NCBI GenBank assembly: GCA_038320555.1
Contig: JBBQEJ010000006.1
Span: forward strand, 223-64,222
DNA length: 64,000 nucleotides
Direction: 5' to 3'
From: Vicinamibacterales bacterium
GTDB taxonomy: Bacteria; Acidobacteriota; Vicinamibacteria; Vicinamibacterales; 2-12-FULL-66-21
Position 1 is the stretch's first letter. Every line of letters begins with the position of its first letter. The notes beneath the pieces are model-generated. The model had not been told where the DNA came from, did not search any database, and saw only the letters and a program-made list of their open reading frames with translations. Positions 60,831 through 64,000 of this stretch are shown in pieces. The translations under genes were made by a program, and so were the position numbers.

Positions 60831-60883
60831 CCCATTCCCTCCTCCAGCTAACCCAAGCCCCCAACTCCCGTCTAAGCAATTGG

Positions 60884-61456
60884 ATGCCGCAAACGGACGC
60901 CGCCGTCGTCGCGCTGGCCCGCGACGGGGATAGCGAAGCTTTTCGGGCGCTCGTCGAGCGGCATAGCCGCGCTGTCTTCCGTCTCGCGCACCGGATGACC
61001 GGCAGCCCGCAGGACGCCGAAGACGTCGTTCAGGAGACTCTTTTGAAGGCCTACAAGCAACTGAGCCGTTTCGAGTCTCGTGCGAATTTCGGCACCTGGC
61101 TGCATCGCATTGCCGTGAACTGTTCGATCGACCTGATCCGGTCGCGGCCTCATCGCGAGGCTGCACACGATACGGCCGATCTCGATCAATTCGGCACCGA
61201 CGATCACGACCAGGCCGGACAGGCGTCGCCGGAGCGCCTGATGTTGAGTACCGAAGTGCAGGACCGGGTGACGGCCGCGATGTCGTCACTCAGCCGGATG
61301 GAACGGGCGGCGTTTGTTCTGCGGCATTTCGAGGGACAGTCCATCGACGAGATCAGCCGCGCGCTCAGCCTGAAGTCCAACGCGACGAAACACAGCATTT
61401 TCCGCGCGGTCAGAAAGATGCGCGTCGCCCTCGAGCCTCTCGTGTCAGCGGATTAG
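60884..61456 (+). CDS. ECF-subfamily RNA polymerase sigma factor
   Basis: It has FRALVERHSRAVFRLAHRMTG...EDVVQETLLKAY (region 2) and ERAAFVLRHFEGQSIDEISRALSLKSNATKHSIFRA (region 4). Confidence 0.9.
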   Translation: MPQTDAAVVALARDGDSEAFRALVERHSRAVFRLAHRMTGSPQDAEDVVQETLLKAYKQLSRFESRANFGTWLHRIAVNCSIDLIRSRPHREAAHDTADLDQFGTDDHDQAGQASPERLMLSTEVQDRVTAAMSSLSRMERAAFVLRHFEGQSIDEISRALSLKSNATKHSIFRAVRKMRVALEPLVSAD

Positions 61457-61460
61457 CGCT

Positions 61461-61507
61461 GTGAACTGTGGAACTTTCACACTCTAGAACGTAGAACTGT
61501 AGAACTG
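61461..61507. repeat. GTGAACT/GTAGAAC(T) 7-8-nt tandem units (complement of the GGTTCTAC unit at 21021)
   Basis: Sequence gtgaact gtggaact ttcacact ctagaac gtagaact gtagaact. It lies between the sigma stop and the anti-sigma start. Confidence 0.75.
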
Positions 61508-61508
61508 T

Positions 61509-62279
61509 ATGCACCTCACCGACGACGATCTCATTCTTCACTATTACGGCGAGCTCGATACGAGCGCCGATGCGCGAGTGACCGATCACCTGCGCGCGTG
61601 CGCCGCGTGTCACGCAGGCTTCACGACGCTTCAGCGTGTGCTCACTGCGGTCGAAAGCGCGCCCGCTCCGGAGATTGCGGATGGGTTTGAACGCACCGTC
61701 TGGGCACGGCTGCAGCCGGACCTTGGCGCCAGGGGCGGTTGGTGGACCGCCCGGTTGGTGTTTTCGCCGGCTCGCCTCGCGTGGGCTGCCGGGATCGTGA
61801 TGGTCGTGGCGGCGGCCTTCTTCGCCGGACGCGTATCGCAGCACGCGTCGGTCACGGCGCCGGTCGAAAGCGCGGCGGCCTCCTCCGGATTGCGCGAGCG
61901 TGTACTGCTCGCGGACCTGGGCGGCCATCTCGATCGTTCCCAGATGATGCTCATCGAGCTCGTCAGTGCCGACGCCGCCGGCGATGTTGACCTGCCGGCG
62001 GAACGTGCGCGCGCACAGCAGCTCGTGGCCGACAACCGCCTCTATCGGCAGACCGCCACGGCAAACGGCAACGTCGCACTCGCCGCGGTGCTGGACGACC
62101 TCGAACAGGTGCTGGTGGATGTCGCAGCCGGCCCGGACACGTTGTCGGCGGCGGATCTGACGGAAGTGCGGCAACGGATCGAAAACAAGGGACTGCTCCT
62201 GAAAGTGCGGGTGTTGTCCTCCGAAGTTCAAAAGCGGCAGAAAACGGAAATCCGCGCGCGGGCTGGCCAGAGCTCGTAG
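61509..62279 (+). CDS. Anti-sigma factor (zf-HC2 type) with one TM segment
   Basis: It has HLRACAACHAGF near the N-terminus and the TM segment LAWAAGIVMVVAAAFFAG. It sits immediately after the ECF sigma gene. Confidence 0.75.
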   Translation: MHLTDDDLILHYYGELDTSADARVTDHLRACAACHAGFTTLQRVLTAVESAPAPEIADGFERTVWARLQPDLGARGGWWTARLVFSPARLAWAAGIVMVVAAAFFAGRVSQHASVTAPVESAAASSGLRERVLLADLGGHLDRSQMMLIELVSADAAGDVDLPAERARAQQLVADNRLYRQTATANGNVALAAVLDDLEQVLVDVAAGPDTLSAADLTEVRQRIENKGLLLKVRVLSSEVQKRQKTEIRARAGQSS

Positions 62280-62345
62280 CGGCTCGTCACACCAGTGGCA
62301 ATGAGAAGCGCGGGCAATGCCCGCAGAGGATCAGGATATCGAATC

Positions 62346-63749
62346 ATGAGCATCAGACAGTCGTATGTGTGCGGCCTCGCGTTCGTGGGCGCGCTTGCCG
62401 TGGCTGGCCTCGCGCCGGCGCAGCCCGTCGGTCCGGGTCCTGTTGGTCCAGGTCCTGTCGGTCCTGGCCCCGTCGGTGTGGGACCTGGCCCCGGCCCGAT
62501 GAGCATCTTCCTCTCGGCCCCCATGATGGCGCCGATGACCCTCGAGGCACCGGCGATGCTGCTGACCTGGGAAGAACAGGATTCGTCAAAGGACCGCGAA
62601 AAGGAGGCGGAACAACGCGAACGCGAGCGCGAAACCCGAGCCTACGACCAGGGCCGGGAATACCTCGACCAGGGTAAATACGACCGCGCAGTCGAGCGTT
62701 TCACCGACGTCGTATCGCTGAAGGGATCGCGCGCTGACGGCGCGCTGTACTTCAAGGCGTGGGCACAGAACAAGGCCGGCCAGCGTGCCGAAGCGCTCGC
62801 CACGATTGCGGTGCTTGCGAGGGATTACCCGAAGAGCCGTTATCTGACCGAGGCGAAGGCGCTCGACGCCGAGGTACGACGCAGCAGCGGTCAACCGGTC
62901 CGGCCCGAGAGCGAAAGCGACGAAGAATTGAAGCTCCTCGCGATCGCAGCGCTGCAGAACTCCGACCCGGAGAAGGCGGTGCCGCTGCTCGAGAAACTGC
63001 TCCAGGGGTCGGCCTCACCCAGGGTGAAATCGAGGGCGCTCTTCGTGCTTGCGCAGAGCGACTCGCCCCGGGGCCGCGAGGTTCTCAAGAACATCGCGAA
63101 GGGAAATTCCACGCCGGATCTTCAGAAGCGGGCCATCGATTATCTGGGGACGCAGGGAGGCCGAGAAAGCCGCGCCACGCTCGCCGAAATCTACGGGTCA
63201 ACGCCGGACGTCGATGTGAAGCGCCGGATCCTGCGGGCATTCATGGTCGCGGGAGAGAAGGATCGCCTGCTGAGCGCCGCGCAGAGCGAACAGAATGCGG
63301 ACCTCCGCGCCGAAGCGGTCCAGCAACTGGGCGTCATGGGCGCGCACGAAGAACTGTGGCAGCTCTATCAGAAGGAGACCGCGACGGACGTCAAGAAACG
63401 AATCATCCAGGCCATGTTCGTCGGCGGCAATGTGGAGCGGCTCATCGACCTGGCGAAGACCGAGAAGAACCCGGAACTTCGCCGGACGGCGGTCCGCAAC
63501 CTGGGCATCATGGGATCCAGGCGCGCGAGCGACGCGCTCGTGGAGCTCTACAACACGGACAAGGATCCGGACATCCGCCGGGCCGTGGTCACAGGGCTCT
63601 TCCAACAGGGGAATGCCACGGCGCTCGTCGATCTCGCGCGCAAGGAACAGGACCCCGCCATGAAGAAAGAGATCGTGTCGAAGTTGTCGGTCATGGGCAG
63701 TAAGGATCCCATCGTGATGCAGTTCATGATGGAATTGTTGAGCAAGTAG
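62346..63749 (+). CDS. Exported HEAT-repeat protein
   Basis: ATG 62346 lies within ORF 62295..63749. It has a signal peptide, (PVGPG)n, a TPR-like segment and repeated ...R..A...LG... HEAT units (NADLRAEAVQQLGVMG, NPELRRTAVRNLGIMG, DPDIRRAVVTGL). Confidence 0.75.
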   Translation: MSIRQSYVCGLAFVGALAVAGLAPAQPVGPGPVGPGPVGPGPVGVGPGPGPMSIFLSAPMMAPMTLEAPAMLLTWEEQDSSKDREKEAEQRERERETRAYDQGREYLDQGKYDRAVERFTDVVSLKGSRADGALYFKAWAQNKAGQRAEALATIAVLARDYPKSRYLTEAKALDAEVRRSSGQPVRPESESDEELKLLAIAALQNSDPEKAVPLLEKLLQGSASPRVKSRALFVLAQSDSPRGREVLKNIAKGNSTPDLQKRAIDYLGTQGGRESRATLAEIYGSTPDVDVKRRILRAFMVAGEKDRLLSAAQSEQNADLRAEAVQQLGVMGAHEELWQLYQKETATDVKKRIIQAMFVGGNVERLIDLAKTEKNPELRRTAVRNLGIMGSRRASDALVELYNTDKDPDIRRAVVTGLFQQGNATALVDLARKEQDPAMKKEIVSKLSVMGSKDPIVMQFMMELLSK

Positions 63750-63758
63750 AGGTATCTG

Positions 63759-64000
63759 ATGTCGAGGCCATTCAAACTGATCGCGTCGGGACTCGTCATG
63801 ACGAGCGCGCTTGCGGTCGTCGCCGCGGCGCAGCACATCGAAAACGGAACCGTGACCGCGCAACCGGCCGGCTCTCCGTTTGCGCAATCGTTCCGTTCCC
63901 TTGTGTCGTCGCAGCCCGACGTCGCGTGGATCGGCTACTCCGTGCCGGTCTCCGAGAGCGAACGCGTGATGTGCTGTTTCGACTCCGGCACGACACATAT
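63759..64000 (+). CDS. Exported hypothetical protein; N-terminal part only, it runs off the window end
   Basis: Hand translation from ATG 63759 (GAGG upstream) gives MSRPFKLIASGLVMTSALAVVAAAQH... It stays open to the window end and is the fourth gene of the ECF cluster. Confidence 0.5.
   Translation, partial: MSRPFKLIASGLVMTSALAVVAAAQHIENGTVTAQPAGSPFAQSFRSLVSSQPDVAWIGYSVPVSESERVMCCFDSGTTH

Overview
GC-rich bacterial chromosomal segment. The gene content suggests an Acidobacteriota-like soil bacterium: PadR next to ADOP-type duplicated-permease remnants, many exported peptidases, and sigma54, ECF and two-component regulators. That taxonomic call is inference only. I support about 55 protein-coding genes. 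I found no rRNA, tRNA, CRISPR array, transposase, integrase or prophage genes.

Gene content, in window order:
- A minus-strand nitrogen block, gltB-gltD-amt-porin, with a candidate sigma54 promoter.
- Two paralogous M14-like peptidases of about 1000 aa.
- msrA and small membrane proteins.
- An Omp85-like barrel coupled to a secreted protein with protein-kinase-like motifs, plus a membrane-anchored paralogue 8 kb away.
- A decayed stretch with frameshifted and internally deleted ADOP permease and PQQ-propeller genes.
- A HerA/DUF853-like ATPase operon.
- An H1-like basic protein.
- A regulatory island: an HD-GYP response regulator, a 65-aa HisKA-only protein and an NtrC-type activator, divergent from a PAS kinase/LuxR pair.
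- Housekeeping genes: ettA, ABC exporter, TonB receptor, peptidases, terC, aconitase-family, apaG, aat, ferredoxin, SDRs, rhomboid.
- An ECF sigma/anti-sigma/HEAT cluster.

Most unusual observations:
1. The kinase-less DHp-only protein lies between two response regulators. It may be a minimal phosphorelay.
2. A POTRA-less Omp85 is paired with an exported kinase-fold protein.
3. Intergenic spacers are filled with 7-nt-periodic (one 10-nt) degenerate tandem repeats. They fall into a few unit families that recur in both orientations.
4. A GGGGTCAGACC(CC) palindromic repeat occurs both downstream of and inside an M14 peptidase gene, where it encodes GSDP.

All coordinates were hand-counted, so motif positions may be off by 1-2 nt. 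All family assignments rest on motifs read by eye, not on searches.
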